Assembly (NCBI GenBank): GCA_963751345.1
Contig: CAVVUS010000018.1
Location: forward strand, 64,001 to 128,000
Reading direction: 5' to 3'
Length of the DNA stretch: 64,000 nucleotides
Source: an uncultured Chloroflexia bacterium
GTDB taxonomy: Bacteria > Chloroflexota > Anaerolineae > B4-G1 > SLSP01
In this document: one piece after another, positions 52,798 to 63,211 of the stretch
Layout: each line of letters begins with the position of its first letter
Numbering within the stretch: position 1 is the stretch's first letter
The notes under the pieces: generated by a model
Database searches by the model: none
What the model saw: the letters and a program-made list of their open reading frames with translations, nothing else
Told to the model about the DNA's origin: nothing
Position numbers and translations under genes: made by a program

Positions 52798-53040
52798 ACG
52801 TTTCTCCTTGTGTAGGGAATAGCATGCGGGCCTCACTACAGAGACGCGCTGGTGGACATCGATTCTGTCCCTCCGTGAGTCCGATCGAACTCCCGGACGC
52901 CGCGCTGTGGTGCAGCCTGTCGTAGATTGTACAGCACGCGGTAGGTGGGTCAATTGTTGTATCCTTTGCACGGAGGTTTTCGTCTCTGTCGTGGCGTGCT
53001 ATGATGGGGCTATGAGTGAGTTGCACGAGGGGATATATCT

Positions 53041-53706
53041 ATGAGTTCCGCTGATCTCAAGACGTGGCTATCATCAGTGCCCCTGATGCAACAGGGGTAC
53101 CACTGCGAGTTGCTCCAACGCGTCAACACCCTCAGGGAGAATCACACGATCTATCCCCCGCGAGGGCGGGTTCTAAATGCGCTAGAGAAGACGCCGATTG
53201 GTGCCGTGAAAGTGGTCATCGTAGGTCAGGACCCCTACCATGGCGCCGGACAGGCGGATGGTCTGGCATTTTCCGTCCCGGAGGGGGTGCCTGCTCCCCC
53301 ATCACTGCGCAATATCTTCAAGGAGATCGCCGATGACGTCTATGACGGTGCCCCACCGGACTTTTCCACCGACCTGACTCGTTGGGCCGAGCAGGGCGTG
53401 CTGCTGCTCAATGCGAGCCTCACGGTGGAGGCGGGGAGTGCCGGCTCTCACAGCGAGTTGGGGTGGGCGGCACTGACGGATGCCATCATTGCACAACTAA
53501 GCGCCGATAGGGACCACTTGGTCTTTATGCTCTGGGGACGCTTTGCTCAATCAAAGCGATCCCTCATCGACGCCCACCGTCACCTCATCCTGGAGGCTCC
53601 CCATCCCTCACCACTCTCAGCATACCGTGGGTTCTTCGGATGCAGGCACTTTTCCAGGGCGAATGCTTATCTTGTCAGGTACGGCAGGGTCGAAATCGAG
53701 TGGTAG
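53041..53706 (+). CDS. ung: Uracil-DNA glycosylase (family 1)
   Basis: GQDPYH, PPSLRNI, GVLLLN and HPSPLS. Confidence 0.96.
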   Translation: MSSADLKTWLSSVPLMQQGYHCELLQRVNTLRENHTIYPPRGRVLNALEKTPIGAVKVVIVGQDPYHGAGQADGLAFSVPEGVPAPPSLRNIFKEIADDVYDGAPPDFSTDLTRWAEQGVLLLNASLTVEAGSAGSHSELGWAALTDAIIAQLSADRDHLVFMLWGRFAQSKRSLIDAHRHLILEAPHPSPLSAYRGFFGCRHFSRANAYLVRYGRVEIEW

Positions 53707-53856
53707 GGTCGTCGGTCTTGCTGCAACTTTGCGCAGCCGCGGCGCGTAGTATGTAAAGCATGCTGGGCTCGACCCATCATCACGGGCCGCAGAAACCGGC
53801 CATCTGTTGCGCAATAAGGTTGGATTTCGTATAATGGGATGCAGAAAGGAGCGGGG

Positions 53857-54441
53857 ATGGTTGAGGGTCTCCTGAGTCTCGCGTCGGCATTTGGGTTGTC
53901 GACTTCTGCCGGGTTGAACGCTTACATTCCGATGCTGACAGTGGCGCTGCTCGCCAAGTTCACCGGACTCATCCAGCTCGGGGAGCCTTGGTCCGCACTC
54001 ACCAGTTGGTGGATTATTGCCCTTCTGGTTGTGCTGCTCGCCATTGAGGAAGTAGCCGACAAGATCCCTGCGGTGGATACGGCTAATGATGTGATTCAGA
54101 CCTTGGTTCGTCCGACCGCGGGTGCGATTCTCTTCGCTGCGACCACGCAGTCCTCTATCCATATGCATCCGGTGCTCGCTTTCGGCTGTGGCGTACTATT
54201 CGCCGGCACCGTACACGTGGTCAAGGCGGGATCCCGTCCTGTTGTCACGGCCCTCTCGGCGGGCGTGGCCAACCCTGTGGTTAGCACGGTCGAGGACATT
54301 GTCTCCGCCGTGATGTCGTTCGTGTCGGTTCTCTTTCCCTATCTCGTAGTCGTCTGGCTACTTCTGCTGGGGTTGGCAATCTTCCTGATTGTGCGGGAGC
54401 GTCGCAGACGTCGTGAGAGACGCAGCATGAGGGTGGTCTGA
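53857..54441 (+). CDS. DUF4126 membrane protein
   Basis: GLSTSAGLNAYIP, ADKIPAVD..ND, RPTAGA and NPVVSTVED. Confidence 0.88.
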   Translation: MVEGLLSLASAFGLSTSAGLNAYIPMLTVALLAKFTGLIQLGEPWSALTSWWIIALLVVLLAIEEVADKIPAVDTANDVIQTLVRPTAGAILFAATTQSSIHMHPVLAFGCGVLFAGTVHVVKAGSRPVVTALSAGVANPVVSTVEDIVSAVMSFVSVLFPYLVVVWLLLLGLAIFLIVRERRRRRERRSMRVV

Positions 54442-54484
54442 TCTGCCGTCCACTTTATCCTATTCTTGGCCAAAAGGGGGAATC

Positions 54485-54706
54485 ATGACTCAAGATCCGT
54501 ACTACAATCCGCAGCCCGCTGCTTATCCGGGGGAGCCGCCCGCCAAAAAGAGAAGCCCCTGGGTTATCATTCTGATCATTCTCGCTGTGCTGTTGCTGTG
54601 CTGCTGTGTCGTCCTCGTGGTTGGGTGGTTTGAGGGCGATCGGGTCGTACAGATGCTCAGGGATATGGGATACAACATCAACCTTTGCCTGCCTCTCGCA
54701 ATGTAG
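54485..54706 (+). CDS. Small membrane protein with Pro/Tyr-rich N-terminus and CCC motif
   Basis: SD AAGGGGG; PPAKKR followed by a hydrophobic helix ending LLLCCC. Confidence 0.7.
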   Translation: MTQDPYYNPQPAAYPGEPPAKKRSPWVIILIILAVLLLCCCVVLVVGWFEGDRVVQMLRDMGYNINLCLPLAM

Positions 54707-54859
54707 ATGCGGACGAGAGTCAACGCAAGCAGTTGACGCATCGCGTGTAGGGTTTCACAGGGCGGTGGTGAGGGGAGGTCGGCCGGCTACGTAGGTGTCC
54801 GGTGTGGATGTCTGCCCGCGCTACTGCAGGCTCACAGAGTTACAGGAAGGAAGGGCACA

Positions 54860-55477
54860 ATGAACGAGGATTCGCATTACGCAACACGACGGCTAGATCC
54901 GGAGTCTGAGGAACCGGATTCGATGGAAGAGACGGAAACAGGCGGGGAAACGCTCGTGACACCTCCGCCACTTCCCGAGTCGGAAGCTGCCACGCCACCC
55001 TCCCTGCCGGAGGAATCGGAAGGGCCGCCTCCCTTGCCGGAGGAGTCACAGGAACCCCCGCCCCTGCCGGAGGCTGGGACGGTCGTCGTTACGCCCCCGC
55101 CGCTGGACCAGGAGGCACCGGAGAACCTGGTGATCACCCCTTCGAGCCAGCCTCAACTTGAGGCGCCGGCGTCCTCTGCGGCGGCGCCCGAGCCCGTGAT
55201 TCCCAGTCCCTTTGAGGAGCCCGAGGCATCGTCACCGAGCACGCCGGATGTGGTCATGTCTTCCTACGGTGGCGGAGATCAGCCGGTTGTGACCCCCTCT
55301 GTCCCCTCCACGCCGCCGGCACAGCCACCGAAGAAGAACAACACGCTGCTCATCGTGATCATTGTGCTGGTCGTGCTATTGCTGCTATGCTGCTGCTGCG
55401 TCGTCGTCGCCGGCCTCATCTATACGCAGCAGCAGAGCTCGATGTCGCTGATACAGGGCGTTCTGGGCTTGCTCTAG
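54860..55477 (+). CDS. Pro/Glu-rich protein with C-terminal TM helix and CCCC motif
   Basis: Five PPxL[PD] repeats; PPKKNNT followed by a hydrophobic helix with LLLLCCCC. Confidence 0.75.
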   Translation: MNEDSHYATRRLDPESEEPDSMEETETGGETLVTPPPLPESEAATPPSLPEESEGPPPLPEESQEPPPLPEAGTVVVTPPPLDQEAPENLVITPSSQPQLEAPASSAAAPEPVIPSPFEEPEASSPSTPDVVMSSYGGGDQPVVTPSVPSTPPAQPPKKNNTLLIVIIVLVVLLLLCCCCVVVAGLIYTQQQSSMSLIQGVLGLL

Positions 55478-55487
55478 CGCATTTCTG

Positions 55488-55580
55488 CCCTTGCGAAGGT
55501 TGGCGAGGTGCCGTGTGAACACGGTGACGTCGCTTGCACAGTTGCTTGCACGAGGTGGCACCGTGTAACCTTCGCAAGGG
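55488..55580. repeat. 93-bp palindromic MITE/REPIN-like element, copy 2
   Basis: Ends CCCTTGCGAAGGTT / AACCTTCGCAAGGG; subterminal sequence resembles 26560-26653 in inverted orientation. Confidence 0.72.
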
Positions 55581-55646
55581 TGGTTGCCCTGCACGGTGAC
55601 GCCCCGGGGAGACTCCTCCTCGGGGCGTTTGCTGTATAATACGGAC

Positions 55647-57543
55647 GTGGTAACACCCAGCGAGAAAGTACAGCAAAAGCTCGACACTCTTCCGCGAAAA
55701 CCCGGCTGTTACCTGATGCATAATGCCAAGGGCCGGGTGATTTACGTCGGGAAAGCGATAGACCTGGCGAGCCGGGTCCGCTCCTATTTTCATGCTTCTT
55801 CCCAGGAACACCCGAAGACGCGGCGCCTGGTGGGGGAGATCGCCGACATCGACTGGATCCTCACGGACTCCGAGGTTGAGGCCCTGATTCTCGAGGCCAA
55901 CCTCATCAAGAAGCACCGCCCTCGTTACAATGTGCGCCTTAAGGATGACAAGCGGTATCCCTATCTCAAGGTGACCCATGAGGATTTTCCGAAGGTCCTG
56001 ATCACACGCCAGATGCAGCGGGATGGGGGGCGGTATTTTGGCCCTTACACTTCGACGAGCGCGTTGCACGAGACGCTGGACCTGATTCGCCGCCTCTTCC
56101 CTTACCGGACCTGTGATCGCATCATCACGGGACAGGACCGCCGCGCGTGTCTCTACTACGATCTGAAGCTGTGCACCGCGCCGTGCATCGGGGCCGTGGA
56201 CAGGGCTCAGTATAACAGCGTGATTGACCAGTTGATCCAGTTCATGGGGGGGCAGACCGAGGAGGTGATGGAGGACATGCGGCAGCAGATCGATGCCGCA
56301 TCGACGGGGTTGCAGTTCGAGCGCGCGGCGCAGTTGCGCGATCGTTATCAGGCGCTCCAGCGCGTGATGGAACACCAGCGCATCATCACTACGGCAGCCA
56401 CCAATCAGGATGTTGTCGCGATGGCGCGAGATGACGGCAACGCGTGCGTGGAGATCTTCTTCGTGCGCAACGGAAAGCTGCTGGGGCGGGAGTATTTCGT
56501 GATGGAGGGCAGCAGTGGTGATAACGACGAGGAGATCGTGACGGCCTTCCTGGAGCAGTTTTACTCAGATGCGGCGTCGGTGCCGCCTGAGATTCTGCTT
56601 CCCGCCCAGATTGCCGAGGCCGCCGTCCTGGAGCAGTGGCTCCGCACCAAGCGCGGGGACGTGGTCTATATTGACGTCCCGAAAGACGGCCCGGGACGTG
56701 AGCTGCTCGACCTTGCATCGACCAACGCGACCGAGACCCTGCGGATGCTGAAGGCGCAGTGGGAGATGGACCAGCATCGCAGCGAGTCCGCCCTGAACGA
56801 GTTGCAGGAGGCGCTTGCCCTCGATCACCCGCCGATTCGGATGGAGTGCTACGATATCTCAACCACCCAGGGCGTCGAAGTCGTGGGCAGCATGGTCGTC
56901 TTCGAGCACGGCGTGCCAAAGAAGAGCCACTACCGCCGCTTCAAGATTCGCACGGTCGTGGGCCAAGATGACTTCGCCAGCATGCGCGAGGTCCTGACGC
57001 GGCGCTTTGATCGCTGGCGTCGCATCAGTGGTGGCGAGTTGAAGGGCTCACGCGGCAGCCAGGCCTGGGTCAAACTGCCGGACCTGCTCATCGTCGATGG
57101 GGGTAAGGGACAGCTGTCTATGGCGATGGAGGTGCTGGAGGCCTTCGACCTCACGGACCAGGTGCCCGCCATCGGGCTCGCCAAACGGTACGAAGAGGTC
57201 TTCCAGCCGGGAAAGCGTGTCCCTATTCGCTTCGATCCTTCCGCCCCCGCCATCCTATTGCTGCGCCGCATCCGCGATGAAGCGCATCGCTTTGCGATCA
57301 CTTACCACCGGCAGCGGCGGAACAAGACGGGGATTGGCCTCACAGATCGACGAGATCCCGGGCATCGGCCCGATGAAGCGCAAGGCCTTGCTCAAGCACT
57401 TTGGAGGCCTGGACGCGATCCAGAAAGCCGACGTCAAGGCTCTACAGGAGGTCCCGGGCATCTCCGAGGTGCTGGCCTCCAACATCGTTGCCCACTTCGA
57501 GCGGCTGCGCCAGGAGAAGGAGCGGGAGGGTGACGCTGTCTGA
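55647..57543 (+). CDS. uvrC: Excinuclease ABC subunit C (apparent +1 G at 57329-57332)
   Basis: GIY-YIG (GCYLM..IYVGKA..RVRSYF), Cys cluster, ECYDIS, DGGKGQL, RDEAHRFA; the C-terminal HhH continues in ORF 57097-57543. Confidence 0.95.
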
Positions 57544-57544
57544 A

Positions 57545-57617
57545 TCACGGATTACAAGGATTGCAGGGATTTCACGGATGGCATGACTGCGCACCATCTC
57601 TGCCATCCGTGAAATCC
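57545..57617. repeat. Inverted repeat with 9-nt tandem units between uvrC and thrS
   Basis: ATCACGG ATTACAAGG ATTGCAGGG ATTTCACGG; GGATTTCACGGATGGCA / TGCCATCCGTGAAATCC is a perfect 17-bp IR. Confidence 0.7.
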
Positions 57618-57653
57618 TTTGATCTGGGTCCTCCGCGGTTCAGGCAGTCTCGT

Positions 57654-59447
57654 CTACTCCAGCGTCCGCGTCGCGATCGCTTCCTTCGCCCTCGCGAGGA
57701 AGTCCGCAACGGGCATCGCGCCGAGATTTTGCTCGCTGCGCAGGCGCACCGCCACCGCGCCATCCTCGACCTCGCGGTCGCCTACCACCAGCATGTACGG
57801 GACCTTCATCAACTGCGCGTCGCGGATCTTGGCGTTCATCCGTGAGGCCGACGCGTCAGTGCTGACACGGATCCCGGCTTCTCTCAGTTGGTCCTCGACT
57901 TGCTTGGCGTACTCGATGTGCCGGTCGGCGATGGGAATCAGGCGCGCTTGCTCGGGGCAGAGCCACACCGGGAAGGCACCCGCGTAGTGTTCCACCAGGA
58001 TGCCGAAGAAGCGCTCGATCGACCCCAAGAGCGCGCGGTGGACCATATAGGGCCGATGTTCAAGCCCATCCTCGCCCACGTAGGTCATGCCGAATCGCTC
58101 CGGCTCGTTGAAGTCGAACTGGATCGTCGTGAGCTGCCACGAACGGCCCAGCGCGTCCTTGACGTGCAAGTCGATCTTGGGACCGTAAAAGGCGCCGCCA
58201 CCTTCGTCGATGTCGTAGGCCAGCCCCTCCTCATTGATCGCGCGACGTAGCGACTCCTGGGCTTGCTCCCACTGCTCGGGCGCGCCCACGGCGTCGGCGG
58301 GTCGCGTCGCGAGATAGGCTTGGATGTCCTCGAAGCCGAAGGCGTGGAGCATCGACAGCGAGAAGCGCAGCACGCGCAGGATCTCGCCTTCGATCTGGTC
58401 GGGCGTGCAGATGATGTGCGCGTCGTCCTGGGTGAAGCCGCGGACCCGCATCAGGCCGTGGAGCACGCCACTCTTCTCGTAGCGGTACACCGTGCCCAGC
58501 TCGGCCCAACGCAGCGGCAGCTCGCGGTAGGAGCGGAGCCGCGTCTGGTAGATCATGATGTGGAAGGGACAGTTCATCGGCTTTAGATAGTAGTCCTGCC
58601 CGTCCACGTCCATCGGCGCATACATACCTTCTTTGTAGAAACCCAGGTGTCCGGACGTCTCCCACAGCCAAGACTTCCCGATGTGCGGGGTGTAGACTAG
58701 TTCATAGCCGCCTTTGAGGTGCCGATCGCGCCAGAAGTCCTCGATGGTCAGGCGCACGAGGGCGCCGCGTGGATGCCAGTAGGCCAGGCCGGGACCGGCC
58801 TCCTCGTGGAAGGAGAGCAGGTCGAGCTCGCGGATCAGGCGCCGGTGGTCGCGCTTCTTGACCTCCTCCAGCCACGCCAGATACTCGCGCAGCTCCTTGG
58901 GCTTCTCCCACGCCGTGCCGTAAATGCGCTGGAGCATGGGTCTCTCGGCGTCACCCCGCCAGTAGGCACCGGCGACGTTGAGCAGCTTGACCGCCTTGGG
59001 GTTGATATCCTTTGAGCTGTCGATATGCGGGCCGCGGCAGAGATCCACGAAGTCTCCGCTCCTGTAGATGGAGAGCTTCGGCGTCTCCTTCGTCTTCTCA
59101 CCGTATTCGTCGGTCCCACCCTGGAGGATGTCCCGGATCAGCTCCAGTTTGTAGGGCTGGTCCGCGAAGAGGGCGCGGGCCTGGTCCGGCGAGATCTCCT
59201 CATAGACGAAGTCGCGGCGCTCTTCAATGATCTCCTTCATCCGCGCCTCGATCTCCTCCAGATCCTCGTCGGTGAGGGGGCGCGGCAGGTCGAAGTCATA
59301 GTAGAACCCGTTCTCAATCGGTGGGCCAATCGCGATCTTGGCCTCCGGGAATTTCTCCAACACCGCAGCCGCCATCAGGTGCGCGGCGGAGTGCCGGATC
59401 CGGTACAGTTTGCTGTCGTGATACGCTTCGGACTGCCCTTCTGCCAT
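57654..59447 (-). CDS. thrS: Threonine--tRNA ligase
   Basis: RHSAAH, DLCRGPH, KPMNCP, RVRGFTQDDAH, FYGPKID and HRALLGSIERF. Confidence 0.97.
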   Translation of the reverse strand: MAEGQSEAYHDSKLYRIRHSAAHLMAAAVLEKFPEAKIAIGPPIENGFYYDFDLPRPLTDEDLEEIEARMKEIIEERRDFVYEEISPDQARALFADQPYKLELIRDILQGGTDEYGEKTKETPKLSIYRSGDFVDLCRGPHIDSSKDINPKAVKLLNVAGAYWRGDAERPMLQRIYGTAWEKPKELREYLAWLEEVKKRDHRRLIRELDLLSFHEEAGPGLAYWHPRGALVRLTIEDFWRDRHLKGGYELVYTPHIGKSWLWETSGHLGFYKEGMYAPMDVDGQDYYLKPMNCPFHIMIYQTRLRSYRELPLRWAELGTVYRYEKSGVLHGLMRVRGFTQDDAHIICTPDQIEGEILRVLRFSLSMLHAFGFEDIQAYLATRPADAVGAPEQWEQAQESLRRAINEEGLAYDIDEGGGAFYGPKIDLHVKDALGRSWQLTTIQFDFNEPERFGMTYVGEDGLEHRPYMVHRALLGSIERFFGILVEHYAGAFPVWLCPEQARLIPIADRHIEYAKQVEDQLREAGIRVSTDASASRMNAKIRDAQLMKVPYMLVVGDREVEDGAVAVRLRSEQNLGAMPVADFLARAKEAIATRTLE

Positions 59448-59473
59448 TGCCTCTCTCCTTTCACGTCACACAC

Positions 59474-59741
59474 AAAAAGCGCCCCACATCCTCTTGGGAC
59501 GTGGGGCGCCACGTGGTTCCACCCAAGTTCCTGAGACAGCGACTGCGCTCTCTCAGGCACTCTATAAACGCGATAACGGGCGAACCCGGGACGCTTTAAT
59601 TGGGTAGGGCGACGGGGTCGCCCACTCGTTCCAGCATCCGCTCGCGGGTGGTTTTCGCCGGGGCTGCGTGGAGGAGGCTCTCAGCCGGTGGCCTCCATTT
59701 TCTGTCACACTTCGCCGGGTACTCGTCCCGCTCAACGCTTT
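59474..59741 (-). ncRNA. T-box riboswitch leader of thrS (Thr specifier)
   Basis: Minus strand: stem I AGTA...GCTGAGA...GAAAACCA (ACC = Thr), T-box AACTTGGGTGGAACCACG (59529-59512), terminator GCGCCCCACGTCC/GGATGTGGGGCGC-TTTTT. Confidence 0.92.
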
Positions 59742-59774
59742 GTCACGTGCCTTCCGGCACGCTACCTTATCCAG

Positions 59775-59803
59775 ATTATATGTAAAGCACACAACAAAGT
59801 CAA
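59775..59803 (-). promoter_or_regulatory. thrS leader promoter
   Basis: TTGACT-N17-TATAAT on the minus strand. Confidence 0.8.
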
Positions 59804-59941
59804 GGCGAATGCGCCACGGGGTGCATTTTGGCCTGGAGGCGAATCTGCAGCCGCGAAAATCGGTTCGTTTCGCAAAATGGGGATAGTAGCTTCCTTTTGT
59901 GAAAAATGTCTGTACGCGGATGCAGTCGTAGCCGCAATGCG

Positions 59942-59968
59942 GAGATCCTTCACTTCGTTCAGGATACA
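59942..59968. repeat. Isolated REP-like half element
   Basis: Minus strand TGTATCCTGAACGAAGTGAAGGATCTC resembles the widespread GTCATCCTGAGCGAAGCGAAGGATCT-type extragenic repeat (recognised from memory, not searched). Confidence 0.45.
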
Positions 59969-60157
59969 AGACCGCGCTCCTCTTTACTCCGCGGAGATGA
60001 ACCCCACCCGTGCGATGGGCGGACGGCGCTGCCCATGCCAAGGGGGCACTGAGAAAGTGTGTGCGAACCTCGTCGTGTATGAAAATAGTGTGTGATTATG
60101 CGTAGTCTCTCAATCTTGATGTGCGCTTAACCGCTTGCAGCCTTGCAGGCATAGGCC

Positions 60158-60214
60158 TTGACAGTTGCGGCTTCATGTGCTAGACTGTTTTTGACGTGTT
60201 ACATGTGATGTGTG
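60158..60214 (+). promoter_or_regulatory. gntR promoter with candidate operator
   Basis: TTGACA-N17-TAGACT, then TTACATGTGATGTGTG starting 12 nt after the -10. Confidence 0.7.
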
Positions 60215-60375
60215 GAATATTACAACTGATATCTGCACGTGAACAGCGAATGTGCTCCCATACCCTCGTCGATGGCGAGTGATCTACGAGACGCGCTGTG
60301 CAAGTGTGCCCGGTAACGAACAATGCTATGTCAAGGCGTGATAGCGCCGTCAGCGGAAGCCTGAGGAGGGTACCT

Positions 60376-61089
60376 ATGCCCCTGAAACCATTGGATACAC
60401 CATCTTTGAGTGAACAAGCCTATATCGCTATCAAGGATTCCATCCTGTCTCTGGAGTTGCCGCCAGGGGAAACTCTGGGTATTGGTGACTTGGCGGACAA
60501 GTTGGGGGTGAGCCGCACCCCGGTGCGCGATGCGCTGCTGTTGCTGGAGAAAGATGGTCTGGTGGTTATGTTCCCCCAAAAGGGTGCAGTGGTTTCAGAG
60601 ATTCGTGCCCGGGACATTGAGGAGATATACGAACTGCGAATCTTGTTGGAGAGCTACGCAGTGCGTATTGCCACATCTCTACTTACCAATACCGAGCTGG
60701 ATCATATTGAGAGTATTTTGCAGGAAGCAGAGCAAACCTTCAATCGCGGCGAGTTGGTGCGCACTGCGGATATTAGCCGCACCCTCCACGATGTAGTGAT
60801 CGATAAGGTGGGTAACAGTCTGTTGAAGAAGTTTCTGGATGATCTCGAGATGCATTACACCCGCGTTCGTCGGCTCATAGTTCGTATTCCCGGGAGATTT
60901 GAGAAATCTCACCGACAGCACCAAGAGGTGCTTCAGGCCCTCCGTGGTCGCGATGCGGAGGCTGCCGCCGCTGCAATGGAATACCATCTGATCTCGGTGC
61001 GGGATGAAGCGCTTTCGCGGATGACTGTGCTAATGACGTATCTTGAAAATCCCCAGGAGCTCTCTTCGGCGCCGGCATTTCGTTCGTAA
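60376..61089 (+). CDS. GntR family regulator (FadR/FCD type)
   Basis: SLSEQAY..IKDSI, LGVSRTPVRDAL, YELRILLE and FCD His motifs (LH, QHQEV, HL). SD GAGGAGG. Confidence 0.93.
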   Translation: MPLKPLDTPSLSEQAYIAIKDSILSLELPPGETLGIGDLADKLGVSRTPVRDALLLLEKDGLVVMFPQKGAVVSEIRARDIEEIYELRILLESYAVRIATSLLTNTELDHIESILQEAEQTFNRGELVRTADISRTLHDVVIDKVGNSLLKKFLDDLEMHYTRVRRLIVRIPGRFEKSHRQHQEVLQALRGRDAEAAAAAMEYHLISVRDEALSRMTVLMTYLENPQELSSAPAFRS

Positions 61090-61293
61090 CCTGGCGCCAA
61101 TTAGCACCCTCGATCTGTCTCGCGACACTAAGGCAGATTAAACGCCTCAGCACTAACCAACGTCGCGTTGCACCGGAGGGTGCCGGCTGATCCTCTTGCC
61201 GGCCTCTCCATGACATCCGCATGCACATTGTAAGCTACTCAACCCTTATCTCAGGTCCTGCCCTCTCGTAGTTCTGAGCGAATTGGTCTACCT

Positions 61294-63211
61294 CAGCGAC
61301 GAAGAATCTGAGATCTTCGCACTGGCGCAGGGACGAGACTACGTCGCGTCAGTGTTGATGACGCCGACGGATGATTCCCCACTCATAGTCAGAAATGGGG
61401 GATCTACTCACATGTCTTCCCCATTTGTGGCGTAGAATAGGATAGAGAACGCCATAAGTGAGGGGGGGGCGCCCAACTACGGCCAAGCGCACGCATACGG
61501 AAGTCCGGCACCCTCGCTGGCGTGCAGCTCCCCAAGGATTGGCCTCCTTTTTGGTTTTTCGCGTTCCTTGCCCCGCGACCCTCCTGTTCTACCATCATCC
61601 AGGTACTCCCTGGGAGGTGCGTCGATGTCAACCCGTAGTGTCCCGAAATCTGATGCGCTGCTGCAACCAGCCACCGACACCGCAGACCCTGACGTTGCCG
61701 CGCAATGGGCGCTCTTCAAGGCTTTGGTGATGACCGTAGAGCACTTCTTTGGCGGCTGGGCGCCGCTGTTCCGCTCCCTGACTGACCACCGTGACCCTAC
61801 CCGCCTGACGTATCCTTTGCCGACGCTGATGGCCACGGGCGTCTTGATGTTTCTGTTCCGCCTGGGGGCGCGCCGCCAGATCGCGGAGTTGCTCCGCGAC
61901 AACGGTCCGGCCACGGCCAAGTATCAAGCCTGGTTACAGGTGCCCCAATGTCCCCACGGTGACACCCTCAACTACGCGTTTGCCCGCAGTGAGGTCGCCG
62001 AAGTCCAGGACGTGGTCTCCTCCATGGTCGCCACGCTGATCCGCCGCAAGTGCCTCGATGCGGAGCGACTCCTGGGCCACGACTATCTGGTCGCCATCGA
62101 CGGCACTGGCTTTCTCACCTATCCGGAACGTCATTGTCCGTATTGCCTGACCCGCACGCAGCATGGCCACACCACCTACTACCACCCCGTGCTGGAGGCC
62201 AAGTTGATCACTCCCTCGGGCTGGGTCTTCTCCTTGATGACCGAATTCATCGAGAACCCCGGTGAAAACCCTACGAAGCAGGATTGTGAACTCAAAGCCT
62301 GTTATCGTTTGCTGCGCCGCTTGAAGATGCGCTTCCCGCGGTTGCCCATCTGCTTGACCTTGGATGGCTTGTATGCCGGAGGCCCCACCTTTTCTCTGTG
62401 CGAAGCCTATCATTGGAAGTACATCGTCGTCCTGCAAGACGCCGACATCCCCTATATCAACACGGAGTTCGCGGCACTCAGCCCGCTGGAACCCGGTCAG
62501 CACCTGCGGTTTGAGACCGGGGTGCAGCATGAGATCCAGCAGGACTTGCGCTGGGTGAAGGACATTGCGTACGTCGACTCTGAGAACATCGAACATATGC
62601 TGTCCGTGATCCAATGCTTGGAAACCAAACCCTCAGCGCAGCAACCACGCCTGACCACCCGCTTCAAATGGGTGACCAACTTCGCGGTGACGGCCCACAA
62701 CGTCGTCGAACTGGCCAATCAAGGAGGACGCCTACGCTGGAAAATCGAAAATGAGGGCTTCAACGTGCAGAAAAACGGAGGATACGCACTCGAACACCGC
62801 TACAGTGAAGATCCTGTCGCCAGCAAGATCTTCTATCTGCTGCTGCAGATCGCGCATCTGCTCGCCCAACTCATCCAACGCGGCAGTCTCTTTCGCCGCG
62901 CCTTTCCCAAAGGCGTCGGTTCTGCCAAGAACATCGCCTTTCGGTTGCTTGAAGCTTGGCGCAACTTGCGTCTGCCTTCTTCCGCAGTGCAGTCGCTGCT
63001 GGATGCCCGCATCCAGATTCGTTTCACGCCCCCATGAGCATGCTGCCGTTCCTGTGCGTATCCTCCTCCCAGTATACTCCGGCTAGCCCTACGCCCAACC
63101 GTCATCCTGCGGTTGGTCCATGCCCCTTTGCCGGACGGACCCCTCCTTCCTCTCCCCACTCTCCGCCGCTCCTCAGTTGGCTACCTTTGCCTCGCTGCTT
63201 CTTCGTTGCTG
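61294..63211 (+). mobile_element. 1918-bp insertion sequence with 13-bp IRs and 9-bp target site duplication
   Basis: IRL CAGCGACGAAGAA and IRR TTCTTCGTTGCTG (12/13 match), flanked on both sides by GGTCTACCT (61285-61293 and 63212-63220). Confidence 0.88.
61625..63037 (+). CDS. DDE transposase (IS4-superfamily fold; ISAs1/ISNCY-like)
   Basis: AIDGTG, TLDGLY and RWKIENEGFN catalytic motifs; KQDCE; N-terminal DHR...YPL segment. SD GGAGG. Confidence 0.9.
   Translation: MSTRSVPKSDALLQPATDTADPDVAAQWALFKALVMTVEHFFGGWAPLFRSLTDHRDPTRLTYPLPTLMATGVLMFLFRLGARRQIAELLRDNGPATAKYQAWLQVPQCPHGDTLNYAFARSEVAEVQDVVSSMVATLIRRKCLDAERLLGHDYLVAIDGTGFLTYPERHCPYCLTRTQHGHTTYYHPVLEAKLITPSGWVFSLMTEFIENPGENPTKQDCELKACYRLLRRLKMRFPRLPICLTLDGLYAGGPTFSLCEAYHWKYIVVLQDADIPYINTEFAALSPLEPGQHLRFETGVQHEIQQDLRWVKDIAYVDSENIEHMLSVIQCLETKPSAQQPRLTTRFKWVTNFAVTAHNVVELANQGGRLRWKIENEGFNVQKNGGYALEHRYSEDPVASKIFYLLLQIAHLLAQLIQRGSLFRRAFPKGVGSAKNIAFRLLEAWRNLRLPSSAVQSLLDARIQIRFTPP

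Noticed and set aside
59562-60095. Small ORFs in the thrS-gntR intergenic region
   Set aside because: They overlap the T-box leader, its promoter and a REP-like sequence, and have no SD or protein motifs.
61101-61130. CIRCE element (TTAGCACCC...)
   Set aside because: Only the left half resembles TTAGCACTC. There is no GAGTGCTAA half and no chaperone gene downstream.
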